A stretch of 64,000 nucleotides of DNA, taken from the IMG/VR virus record IMGVR_UViG_3300007513_001104; one strand, given 5' to 3'. This document shows positions 1 to 8,161 of this stretch, piece after piece (positions within the stretch are counted from its first letter, which is position 1; each line of letters starts with the position of its first letter). Source of the DNA: a virus. The notes under the pieces were generated by a model. That model ran no database searches and was not told the DNA's origin. It saw only the letters and a program-made list of their open reading frames with translations. Both the position numbers and the translations under genes were made by a program.

Positions 1-922
1 CTTTCTTTTCAGCATCTTTATAATTTAATGTACAACAAACAATTTTTAAGTTAGCTAATTGGTTATCATCCATTAATTTTTTAGTTGTAGTAACCTTATG
101 TACTGGTCCAAATGTTCCTTCCAATACTAATTTATGAGTCTTTGTGCCGTCTAGTGTACCCGTAGTCCCGATCCTATAGGGTGTGTTAGTACATTTATTC
201 ATTAAAGTTGTAAGGGATTTAGCCTTAAATAAATGAGCCTCATCGCCATAGAATACATCAAAGTCTTTGAACCATGCTTTTGGATACTTGTATATTGATT
301 GCCATGTACTAATAGTTATTGGCCATTCATTAGTCTTATCTTTGCCACCATATATTCTATGACAGTTTTCTGAAACTTTCCACGGGTCTGCACTAGCATA
401 GTCCTCAAAATCACCATACATCTGTTCTACTAATGATGTTGTTGGTACTACAATAAGTTGCTTACGTCCTCTTGCTTGGTGATACCTTACAAGAGAATAT
501 ATAATAAGAGACTTACCACTAGCAGTGGGAGAAAGAAGTAAAGATCTACCTTGTTTAATACAATGATCAACTGCGTCCCTCTGATAGTCCCTAATTTGAA
601 TCGCTTTTCCATTAGCATGTAACCTTAATGAGTCTGTTAATAATTTTACGTCTGTTTGTTCGCCAATTTTATCTATGTCTAATTCTATATCATATTCTAA
701 TGTGTTGGCAAACTCTTTTAAGTAAGGTAGTAACCCTACATATAATTCCTTGGTGTATAAACTATATAGTCTTGCTTTACCGTCCCACATTCTGTTTCTA
801 TATAGTGGCATAAACCTAGCGCCTGGAACATCAAAAGTAAAGAAGTCACATATCTCTTGATCAGTACTCATGTCTGTATCTATTTTTAAATATACTGAAT
901 CCTTTTGTCTTACTTTTATCAA
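1..922 (-). CDS. uvsW: UvsW SF2 DNA helicase (5' part; runs off window)
   Basis: Manual minus-strand translation: (TTG)IKVRQKDSVYLKID..FFTFDVPGARFMPLYRNRMWDGK, Walker A SPTASGKS, GDEAH motif II. Lies next to uvsY. TTG start at 922 is inferred. Confidence 0.92.
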   Translation of the reverse strand, partial: MIKVRQKDSVYLKIDTDMSTDQEICDFFTFDVPGARFMPLYRNRMWDGKARLYSLYTKELYVGLLPYLKEFANTLEYDIELDIDKIGEQTDVKLLTDSLRLHANGKAIQIRDYQRDAVDHCIKQGRSLLLSPTASGKSLIIYSLVRYHQARGRKQLIVVPTTSLVEQMYGDFEDYASADPWKVSENCHRIYGGKDKTNEWPITISTWQSIYKYPKAWFKDFDVFYGDEAHLFKAKSLTTLMNKCTNTPYRIGTTGTLDGTKTHKLVLEGTFGPVHKVTTTKKLMDDNQLANLKIVCCTLNYKDAEKK

Positions 923-961
923 AACTTTTTTTGCTCCAAAAAGGTCGTCATTTTTTTCTCA

Positions 962-1405
962 CTATAAAAGGCCGTTAGTAAACTTGGTCCATTCAATAGC
1001 GTTTTTAATATCGAAGGAACGGCTATTTAAGGACCTCATAACACCCTCTAATAGGGTTATACAAGTGTCTATATACTCTACTTTATCTGTTAATGTTATA
1101 ACATCTGGATCTGTATCTAAGAAGTCATTCATTTGATTATTTAAAGGAGCATTGCCTAGGTACTGATCCCAACCAAACTCATTAAGTTCTTGTTGAGTCA
1201 ATTCTCCTCGATAATATCTCCACTTGAGACGTCTTAGGGTTAATAGGTTTGATTTGTTTTTTCGTAACTGTAATTTGAACGTGGATAACATACCTAAATA
1301 CTTGGAATGTAGTTCTGGTATTTTAGTAGACTCTTGACCCAGATTTAACTCATCAATTTTGCAGTCTTCCTGCCACATTTCTTGTATTTCATTTAATTTA
1401 ATCAT
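962..1405 (-). CDS. uvsY: UvsY recombination mediator
   Basis: W..D.KID..L..ES.KIP.LHSKY, YY.G and C-terminal R.FDIKNAIEW.KF pattern; synteny with uvsW. Confidence 0.9.
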   Translation of the reverse strand: MIKLNEIQEMWQEDCKIDELNLGQESTKIPELHSKYLGMLSTFKLQLRKNKSNLLTLRRLKWRYYRGELTQQELNEFGWDQYLGNAPLNNQMNDFLDTDPDVITLTDKVEYIDTCITLLEGVMRSLNSRSFDIKNAIEWTKFTNGLL

Positions 1406-1411
1406 AACATA

Positions 1412-1440
1412 AGTATAGAGTATTTCTAACTAAGAATCAA
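1412..1440 (-). promoter_or_regulatory. sigma70-type promoter for uvsY-uvsW
   Basis: TTGATT-17 bp-TATACT on minus strand; the ATG of uvsY lies 6 nt after the -10 box. Confidence 0.65.
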
Positions 1441-1455
1441 GTAATAATAATACCG

Positions 1456-2343
1456 TTATGCGCCGGAAACGTCAGTAATTGTAATATTAATGTCTTGTTT
1501 TACTGTTGTTGTGCCATCTGTGACGCTAACTGTTGTTGTATAACTGTTCTTAGTTTCATAATCTGGTGCTGAGCTGAATATTAATACTCCTGTTGATGAA
1601 TTTATACTCATGGAGCTTGCATCACCTCCAGCTATACTATAAGTTAGGGTATTATTTTCAGGATCGGTAGCTACAATGGTACCAATTGCTGTTTGGTTCT
1701 CTGCTGCCCAGAAATAAGCAGACGATGTAATAGTTGGTCCTACATTAGTGGGTACAAATGCCACAGGCGGTGTTGTTGTTTCAATTAAGAAGTCCCTGTA
1801 TCTAAACATGGCAACACCAACCATATAGTCTGTGTTCCCGGTAGATATTTCAAAATCTAATCCCTGTAAACTAACAGGAAAAGCATCTCTGAATATAATA
1901 TTAGTAATTGGATTGTTATTTGAATCTAATAGAAATAAGGTAGCATCTGAAGACATGAATGGTTTCTTTTCAACATCTGGAAATCTATAACTTTGAGACT
2001 CTTCAAACTTTGTATGCTGCTCATGATCTTCTGGAAATCCTAATCCAATCATCCAATCATATAACTCTTTATAATTTTTCATGTCCTCTTGTATCAAGAA
2101 ACGTATCATTAATACACCAAAATCTAATTTCTCTCCTGCATAAGGTATATCAACAAGTGGTGTCGGTAATACTGCAGGTGGTAGGTTCATTTCTGGAATG
2201 TTTGCTGCTTGACAGAAGTAAGATACGTTAGGAATGTTATGAACTTGAAATTTAAAAGCATTAGGACGTAAATAGTCTAGTTCATTAGGGTTTCTACTAT
2301 CCCAGCTTGCCTCTGTTACGTTTGTTATGTTCGTTGTTGTCAT
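1456..2343 (-). CDS. gp3: gp3-like tail tube terminator with C-terminal cadherin-like domain
   Basis: L.PN.FKF...P.VSYFCQ.ANIP, FL..EDMKNY.E.YDWM, SDATL..L.SNNNP...F..AFPVSL..LDF (gp3 family). Last ~95 aa show PTITS..AENQT.IGT..ATDPE..LTYSI..DYETK.SY...VSVTDG (cadherin signature). Confidence 0.8.
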   Translation of the reverse strand: MTTTNITNVTEASWDSRNPNELDYLRPNAFKFQVHNIPNVSYFCQAANIPEMNLPPAVLPTPLVDIPYAGEKLDFGVLMIRFLIQEDMKNYKELYDWMIGLGFPEDHEQHTKFEESQSYRFPDVEKKPFMSSDATLFLLDSNNNPITNIIFRDAFPVSLQGLDFEISTGNTDYMVGVAMFRYRDFLIETTTPPVAFVPTNVGPTITSSAYFWAAENQTAIGTIVATDPENNTLTYSIAGGDASSMSINSSTGVLIFSSAPDYETKNSYTTTVSVTDGTTTVKQDINITITDVSGA

Positions 2344-2504
2344 CTACCTTGTCCTCTGTATTTCTTATGACTTCTTTTCTTATGCTTATTCATCGTTGAA
2401 GTTGATATTTTTATTTTTCTACCTCTTCCGCCTTGTCCTATTGACGAAGACTTTCTTTTATGTACATTTAGTCTACTTAATGTTGATCTCCAAATCTTTG
2501 CCAT
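2340..2504 (-). CDS. small basic protein (54 aa)
   Basis: Not in ORF track. MAKIWRSTLSRLNVHKRKSSSIGQGGRGRKIKISTSTMNKHKKRSHKKYRGQGR; abuts the iscA stop and overlaps the gp3 start (ATGA). Confidence 0.75.
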   Translation of the reverse strand: MAKIWRSTLSRLNVHKRKSSSIGQGGRGRKIKISTSTMNKHKKRSHKKYRGQGR

Positions 2505-2825
2505 TTAAAATCCTACTGATACACCACAACCACAAGAAGCTTGTTCCATTGGATTATGAAATTCAAAACCTTCATTTAATCCTTCTTTCTTCCAACTAAT
2601 AATTGTTCCATCTAAATACATTTCTGACATAGGACATATCCACATCTTGAATTTACCATAATCAATTTCAACGTCTCCTTTTTGTGGCTCGTCCGCATAA
2701 TCAAATTCATATTGAAATCCTGCACAACCACCACCCATTAAGGCAAAACGTATGCCTGCTCTTTTATTTCTTTCCACTTTCTCTATCGCCTTTATCATTG
2801 CATCATCAGTGAAATCTATATTCAA
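2505..2825 (-). CDS. iscA: IscA/HesB-family Fe-S cluster carrier
   Basis: GGCAGFQY, YLDGT.I and C-terminal CGCG.S motifs. Confidence 0.93.
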   Translation of the reverse strand: MNIDFTDDAMIKAIEKVERNKRAGIRFALMGGGCAGFQYEFDYADEPQKGDVEIDYGKFKMWICPMSEMYLDGTIISWKKEGLNEGFEFHNPMEQASCGCGVSVGF

Positions 2826-3247
2826 TCGGGTCCTCCGTTGTGTTTTCTATGTTTCTTCTCTTCCCAATTAGTTATTGCCTGGTTTATACTAGCTTCTGCT
2901 AATACAGAACAATGTAACTTAATAGGTGGTAAATCAAGTGCTTTAGCTATGTCTCTATCTTTAATAAGCTTAGCTTCATCAATAGTTCTACCCTTAAGCA
3001 TGTCTACAAACATTGTTGAGCTTGCTATTGCTGAGCCACAACCATAAGTCTTAAATTTTACATCTAAAATTGTATCCGTCTCCGGATCTAATTTGAGATC
3101 TAACTTCATGACGTCTCCACATGCTGGTGCTCCTGTCATTCCAGTGGCAACATCTGGATCATTAGGATCAAATCTGCCTACTGCGTGTTTCTCTGGATTT
3201 TTTAATACTGATTCAAATCTTTCTACTACCTCTTTACTATACACCAT
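2822..3247 (-). CDS. iscU: IscU/NifU-N Fe-S scaffold protein
   Basis: GAPACGDVMKL, KFKTYGCGSAIASS, LPPIKLHCS. Start moved to ATG 3247 (GGAGG RBS upstream). Confidence 0.95.
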   Translation of the reverse strand: MVYSKEVVERFESVLKNPEKHAVGRFDPNDPDVATGMTGAPACGDVMKLDLKLDPETDTILDVKFKTYGCGSAIASSTMFVDMLKGRTIDEAKLIKDRDIAKALDLPPIKLHCSVLAEASINQAITNWEEKKHRKHNGGPD

Positions 3248-3268
3248 ACGGCCTCCGTTATTCAATAG

Positions 3269-3276
3269 TATTTATA
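3269..3276 (-). promoter_or_regulatory. T4-type late promoter upstream of iscU
   Basis: TATAAATACTATT on minus strand. Confidence 0.75.
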
Positions 3277-3321
3277 ATACTTTCTTTGTAACCATAAGTA
3301 AAGAAGGTTGAATACCATTTG

Positions 3322-3329
3322 TATAAATA
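3322..3329 (+). promoter_or_regulatory. T4-type late promoter
   Basis: TATAAATA about 100 nt upstream of the 3430 ATG. Confidence 0.7.
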
Positions 3330-3331
3330 AT

Positions 3332-3404
3332 ATTACAGTAGGGGGTGACATTGCTAAAGTTACCACAATATTTCCGAGCATCATAACAGGATGCCTACTG
3401 CAAT
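3332..3404 (+). ncRNA. candidate structured 5' leader RNA (three-way junction)
   Basis: P1 CAGTAG(3336-41)/CTACTG(3395-3400); P2 GGTGAC/GTTACC; P3 GCATC/GATGC. Starts just after the late promoter. Confidence 0.5.
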
Positions 3405-3429
3405 TGACACATACACACAGGAGAAAATT

Positions 3430-3666
3430 ATGTCAGATAATAAATCAGGGTTCGAAATCAGAGCCGACCTACTAAACCAAGCCCAAGGTATCCTACAGGA
3501 TAACCGTTCAAGTAAAATGGATTGGTATCACAATCAAGTATGCAGAGCACAAGACAATAAAGATGTTGCGTGGCCTGAATATCCACAAGAAGCTTTGGCA
3601 CCTATAACAGCTCAAGATGTTATTGCCGTAGCTAAACAATTTAACGAATTCGTTAATCAAAAATAG
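3430..3666 (+). CDS. small hypothetical phage protein (78 aa)
   Basis: AGGAGA RBS then ATG 3430 (MSDNKSGFEIRADLL...); has its own promoter and terminator. Confidence 0.8.
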   Translation: MSDNKSGFEIRADLLNQAQGILQDNRSSKMDWYHNQVCRAQDNKDVAWPEYPQEALAPITAQDVIAVAKQFNEFVNQK

Positions 3667-3677
3667 CGCAAGCAGAT

Positions 3678-3708
3678 AAAAAAATACCCGCCGACCGGCG
3701 GGTATTTT
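3678..3708. terminator. bidirectional intrinsic terminator
   Basis: AAAATACCCGCC-GACC-GGCGGGTATTTT between the convergent 3430 gene and gp23. Confidence 0.88.
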
Positions 3709-3728
3709 AAGTGTGAACTTAATAAAAA

Positions 3729-4994
3729 TTACATTAAGTTTGTAACTTTTACTGATCTATAATACTGGTTACGATCTGCTGTAAATGTGTCAGCATCTGT
3801 AGTTCCGTTAGCCTGCATTACAAACGGGTTAGCAATCATGCCATACCTAGTTTTGAAACCAATCTTAGGTTGGAATGTGCTTGGGTCAATAGCCCTTACC
3901 ATTTGTAGTGGGACGTATGGACAGTAGAAAAGACCGGCGTCATAAGGGCTAGTGCCTTTATAACCACAAACATAGAACTGACTAGCAGCTCCTGTGTTTG
4001 CTGAATAAGGGTCAATGTAAACTCTGTAACGACCGTTTAGAACTCCGGCAAATGTATTACCTGTGTCATCAACATTTAAATTAGTTGATAATGCTGGAGC
4101 ATAGTCTAAAACGCCTGCCATTGCAAGAGCACTAGCTACGTCTGAAGAACAGATAATAAAGTTACCTTTTCCTCTACGTGTGTCTTGTGCAATTACGTTA
4201 GCATCTCGTTCAATGTTAAACAATAGACCTTTAAATCTTTCTACAGACCACCTACCGTTACTGTCAACATCTAAGTCAAATGTTCCAGCAGTAGCAGTTG
4301 AGGCTGAGCCTGTTTTTGCTACTTTGTAAATAGTTCTGATAACCTCACGGTTAATTTCTGCAAGTATTTCCTGTGAAAGGATATTACTTAGCTCGGATTC
4401 TGCATCCAACCCGTGAACAGCTTTCAAATCTTGTGCAAGTTCAACTGTGTATTCTGCTTTAAGTGCTCTTGACTTAGCAGTAACAGTTGTCTTCTCGATT
4501 GAGAATGCCATTTCTTGTAGGGTAGTTGAGTCTCCGAAGCCTTCTGCAGTGCTTGTAGATACGCCTGTGCCAGTTGTGTAAGAACCGTCTACTGGATTAG
4601 CTCCAGCGTGTGTTCCTGCACCCGAAAAGTCTGTATCTGCTTCGTTAAATAAAGCCTCTGTACCAGTTTGACTAGTATAGTGTGACTTCATTGCGAAGAT
4701 AAGACCTGTTGGGCCTGACATAGGTTGTACGCCACAAACGTCATACGCCATAAGGTTAGGCAAAGCACGTCTAACTAACGATATTAATATCGGATCATAG
4801 TTATCAACGCTTGCACCTGTTTGGTTTGCATGTGTAGCCTCGAAAAGAGCTTCCTTCTCCTCACGGAGAGCTTTCTCCTGATTTTCAAGGACTACTGTGG
4901 TAACTGCGCGCTTATATGGATCTTTGATCTCATTAAGATCAGGATGCTCAAGTACGGGCTGCCACTTTTTCTGTAGTTCTTCTGAAAGATACAT
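3729..4994 (-). CDS. gp23: major capsid protein
   Basis: KW.P.L.H, DPILISLVRR..PNL.AYDVCGVQPM.GPTGLIFAM, TAKSRALKAEYT.ELAQDLKAVHGLDAE, YCPYVPLQMVRA, FQPKIGFKTRYG. Confidence 0.98.
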   Translation of the reverse strand: MYLSEELQKKWQPVLEHPDLNEIKDPYKRAVTTVVLENQEKALREEKEALFEATHANQTGASVDNYDPILISLVRRALPNLMAYDVCGVQPMSGPTGLIFAMKSHYTSQTGTEALFNEADTDFSGAGTHAGANPVDGSYTTGTGVSTSTAEGFGDSTTLQEMAFSIEKTTVTAKSRALKAEYTVELAQDLKAVHGLDAESELSNILSQEILAEINREVIRTIYKVAKTGSASTATAGTFDLDVDSNGRWSVERFKGLLFNIERDANVIAQDTRRGKGNFIICSSDVASALAMAGVLDYAPALSTNLNVDDTGNTFAGVLNGRYRVYIDPYSANTGAASQFYVCGYKGTSPYDAGLFYCPYVPLQMVRAIDPSTFQPKIGFKTRYGMIANPFVMQANGTTDADTFTADRNQYYRSVKVTNLM

Positions 4995-5039
4995 CAGTTT
5001 CTCCTTGTTTTACGTTTGTTATTTAATTTATAACCTAAT

Positions 5040-5047
5040 TATTTATA
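5040..5047 (-). promoter_or_regulatory. late promoter for gp23
   Basis: TATAAATA on minus strand upstream of gp23. Confidence 0.8.
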
Positions 5048-5053
5048 AAAAAT

Positions 5054-6412
5054 TTAATTTTTAACCTTATCAAACTTAGCTGCTTGGGTGATACCTTGTA
5101 CATATCGGCCCATTACAGTATTGTCTGTTAAAGCTCCCTGATCAACGCTATCTTCTAGCTTATCGCTATCATCTGCTTTCGCTTTAGGAAAATAATTTTC
5201 CTTGATAACATTTAGTTTTTCAGTGTACATCTCTTCGTTGTCGTAAGATACGTCTTCGATTAGAGTTGCAAACTTTTCAACTTCAGTTTCAGCTAGATCG
5301 TCAACCACGGAACGGAATACTCTTTCCTTTTGTAGTTGTTCCCTGTCTTCGCTGATTTCAACAGACTTGTTAATCTCTTCGTCTAACTTAGATTTTAACT
5401 CGTCTATTTCTTTTTGTTGAGACGTAAGTACATCGAATTTTTCTTCAGGAACATCGATGTAATGGTTTTGGAATGTCTCTCTAAGATCTTTAATAAAGCT
5501 CTCTGTGATTTCATTCTTAAGACCATTCTCAACAGCTAGTTCATTCTCTGACATCCATTGCTCAGTTACATAACTGAGATATTTGTCAATGTTTTCTACT
5601 AGCTTTTCTTTAGCTTCTTCAAAAGCCTTATTGGCTTCCTCAACAAGTTCGTTCTCAATGAGATCTATTTGTTGATTGACTCGAGCTACAACGACAGTCT
5701 CAAATAATGAGGCTGCTTTTGTTTTGAATTCTTCTGAAAGATGCTCTTCGTCGGCAAATAAGTTAGCAATGTCTTCTTCAAAAAGTGTTTCAGTTTCTGC
5801 TTCTTCTTCTGTTTCTGCTTCTTCTTCTTCAGTTTCTTCTGCGACTACTTCTTCTTCGCCTTCAGCTTGTTCTTCTTCCTCTTCCTCTGCGGGTGCTTCC
5901 TCTGCAGTTTCTTCTTCTGCTACTACTTCATCATCAGTTTCAATAACTTCTTCTAAAGTTTCCTCGTCTTCGCCACCTTCTTCGCTCTCGCCAACAGGTC
6001 CCCTGTTGCCTGCTGAGCTAGGTTGGTTAACTACTGACTTAGGATCTGTAGTGTCTGTGTAGTTTGGAGCTTTTCCAGCGCCTGCGCCTTCTAGGCCAGG
6101 TGCTTTTGAAGCTTTACTAGAAGCTGCTTTACCTACTGGGCTTGTTAATCCGCCTTCTGGGTTGCTAGAACCGCTAAGGTCTTGCTGCTCAGGATTTGGA
6201 TTGGAATTACCTTGTAAAGGATTAGTTTTGTCACCAGCTGTTTTGTCCAACGGACGATGTGGGTCCGCCGAAGATGTTGGCAAGTTAGCTCTTGAACTTC
6301 CACCTTGCATAGGTGGGTTTTGATCTCCAGCAATTGCCTCATCTATAACTTCTACGGTAGCGTCCTGAAGCTTACCTTCTAGAAGTTCTCTGATTTTGGA
6401 TTCTACTCCCAT
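5054..6412 (-). CDS. gp22: prohead core scaffold protein
   Basis: Acidic; LSEEFK.KA..LFE, YL.YV.EQW..EN.LAVE.G, F..HYIDVPEEK, IKENYF; lies between gp21 and gp23. Confidence 0.92.
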   Translation of the reverse strand: MGVESKIRELLEGKLQDATVEVIDEAIAGDQNPPMQGGSSRANLPTSSADPHRPLDKTAGDKTNPLQGNSNPNPEQQDLSGSSNPEGGLTSPVGKAASSKASKAPGLEGAGAGKAPNYTDTTDPKSVVNQPSSAGNRGPVGESEEGGEDEETLEEVIETDDEVVAEEETAEEAPAEEEEEEQAEGEEEVVAEETEEEEAETEEEAETETLFEEDIANLFADEEHLSEEFKTKAASLFETVVVARVNQQIDLIENELVEEANKAFEEAKEKLVENIDKYLSYVTEQWMSENELAVENGLKNEITESFIKDLRETFQNHYIDVPEEKFDVLTSQQKEIDELKSKLDEEINKSVEISEDREQLQKERVFRSVVDDLAETEVEKFATLIEDVSYDNEEMYTEKLNVIKENYFPKAKADDSDKLEDSVDQGALTDNTVMGRYVQGITQAAKFDKVKN

Positions 6413-6463
6413 TTTTCTCTCCTTATTAGTCGGATTATCTAGTTTTACTATAATCTAATAAAC

Positions 6464-6477
6464 TATTTATATTTATA
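6464..6477 (-). promoter_or_regulatory. two overlapping late promoters for gp22
   Basis: TATAAATA at 6464-6471 and 6470-6477. Confidence 0.7.
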
Positions 6478-6487
6478 TAGATTTCTA

Positions 6488-7147
6488 TTAGATTTTGGAC
6501 AGTTTTTGTAGAAAATTGTTAAAGACTTGGAGCTTTTCTTCTTCTAAATGTGCTGAATTTGCACTAGAAATAGTAGCCTGAGCCTCTTCAATGTCCTGTT
6601 CTGTCCATCTCCCATTAACAAAAACCCATTCTTTGCCCTCCATTATACCGCTAACAAAAGCGTCTGGAGCGCTCGGATCAGCAACAATATCTGCTGCTGT
6701 GGCAAGCATAAAGTCATCTTGTACTTCGTTAATGCCGTTTCTCTCTTTTAAAGAGCCCAGTCCTCTGGATGAAACACCCAGCTGAGCACCTTCGCTAATG
6801 AGTTCTTTTACAATTTTACCCATAGGCGTATCCATAACCTTCGCCTTACCGATATAATTGTTGCCGTCTTCCTTAAGTGATACAATCATGTGCGAGACAC
6901 GGTCCAAGTTAACCGTTGGGCCTTCAGGATGACCTAATTCCCCATAAGCTCGTTTAGTGTCAACATTTTCTTTGACATAACGATTTACTTCTCGCTGCAT
7001 TATCTCTCTTGGATATATACGGCCGTTCTTGTTCTTTAAATCTGATTGTAAAAAGACTCCTTCAATAAACACGTTAGGTTTATTTTTATTTTTAGTCTCT
7101 TCTGTGAGATAATTAATCTCTTGGTTAAATTCTTTTATTAATCTCAT
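6488..7147 (-). CDS. gp21: prohead protease
   Basis: IEGVFLQ...KNKNGR.YP, A.GELGHP, LGVSSRG.GS, DIVADPSAPDAFV.GIMEG.EW. Confidence 0.96.
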   Translation of the reverse strand: MRLIKEFNQEINYLTEETKNKNKPNVFIEGVFLQSDLKNKNGRIYPREIMQREVNRYVKENVDTKRAYGELGHPEGPTVNLDRVSHMIVSLKEDGNNYIGKAKVMDTPMGKIVKELISEGAQLGVSSRGLGSLKERNGINEVQDDFMLATAADIVADPSAPDAFVSGIMEGKEWVFVNGRWTEQDIEEAQATISSANSAHLEEEKLQVFNNFLQKLSKI

Positions 7148-7151
7148 TGTT

Positions 7152-7577
7152 CTATCCTAATGAACCGCCATCATACACATTTCCTGCGTCATCTGTGTCT
7201 AATGGTGCGTTTTGATGTTGTTGTGAACCATATCCAGAAACTTTAGCACAATCAACTATGACTGTTCCGCCAGAGCCTCCTGCTATTACGACTTCTATAT
7301 CGCTTCCGTTTTCTGAATTGTCTGAAAAGCCGTAAAAATCTTGTGATCCGCTTTCATGTAGTTCATATAGAACAACGGAGTTTCTTTGCACCTTGGCGCT
7401 AGCTCCGCTTGATAGTGTCCAATGTAGTCCCTTAATGTTTACTGCTGGGGAGCTTTGCGTCTCGGTGGATTTCTTTAACGTTGTTGCTAAAGCTATTGTA
7501 CCTGTTGCTGCAGTCCCCCTAACACTAACCACACCCTGGACTTGGGTTAATTTTAAGTTATTTACTGTGACTGCCAT
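7152..7577 (-). CDS. hypothetical virion/prohead-region protein
   Basis: 141-aa ORF with RBS between gp20 and gp21; ends in DGGSLG. Confidence 0.7.
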   Translation of the reverse strand: MAVTVNNLKLTQVQGVVSVRGTAATGTIALATTLKKSTETQSSPAVNIKGLHWTLSSGASAKVQRNSVVLYELHESGSQDFYGFSDNSENGSDIEVVIAGGSGGTVIVDCAKVSGYGSQQHQNAPLDTDDAGNVYDGGSLG

Positions 7578-7586
7578 TTAATTTTC

Positions 7587-7895
7587 CTATGTTGGTAAGT
7601 TATATTTCTTTTTACTACTATGGTTAATGTGTTTATTCTCTTCAAGAACTTCTATGTTCTCGTCATCCACTTCAACTCTTTCTATACCGTGTTCAAACAT
7701 AACCTTATACCAGGCAACGTTGCCGTTTTCATCTGGTTCTGCATGTTCACCTATAATAGTTTTGCCTTCTTTCCACTCTTTGTGGAAGATTTTACTAGCG
7801 CACATGTGCTTATCGCCTTCTAGTGAGCCTTTAGCAACACCATCAGTAGGAGCTTCGGTAATAACTCCTGCTCTATAATCCTTAAACGTTCTCAT
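7587..7895 (-). CDS. hypothetical protein
   Basis: ORF in head operon; start moved to MRTFKDYR (7895). Confidence 0.65.
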   Translation of the reverse strand: MRTFKDYRAGVITEAPTDGVAKGSLEGDKHMCASKIFHKEWKEGKTIIGEHAEPDENGNVAWYKVMFEHGIERVEVDDENIEVLEENKHINHSSKKKYNLPT

Positions 7896-8160
7896 CTGTT
7901 TCGCCGTCTTCAACAGGTACACCTGTTGTTTGATCTATATCCACTAACTCTAACGGTTCACCCATTGGTTCCATGTTAGGATCTACACTTTGTGGATGAA
8001 ACATTTGCTTTGATGTTTCAACCTTTGCTGCATCCATTGCATGGTTTGTCCTGTCTTGCATTAAGTTATTAAAGTTATCTTGGACATCTGATGCTTTACC
8101 AGCTATCATGTTGTCTAACATGTCTTTAATTTCTTTACTTTGATCTAAATCTTCTGCCAT
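7882..8160 (-). CDS. small acidic prohead core protein (gp67-like position)
   Basis: Acidic ~92 aa directly after portal, GGAGGA RBS; assignment by synteny only. Confidence 0.55.
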   Translation of the reverse strand: MAEDLDQSKEIKDMLDNMIAGKASDVQDNFNNLMQDRTNHAMDAAKVETSKQMFHPQSVDPNMEPMGEPLELVDIDQTTGVPVEDGETDENV

Positions 8161-8161
8161 T

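Noticed and set aside
3332-3404. tRNA or hammerhead ribozyme identity for the structured leader
   Set aside because: No TTCGA T-loop or cloverleaf; no CTGATGA/GAAA core. No tRNA genes were recognised elsewhere in the window.
5800-6412. Long low-complexity acidic N-terminus of gp22
   Set aside because: Variable disordered Glu-rich extensions are expected in T4-like scaffolds.
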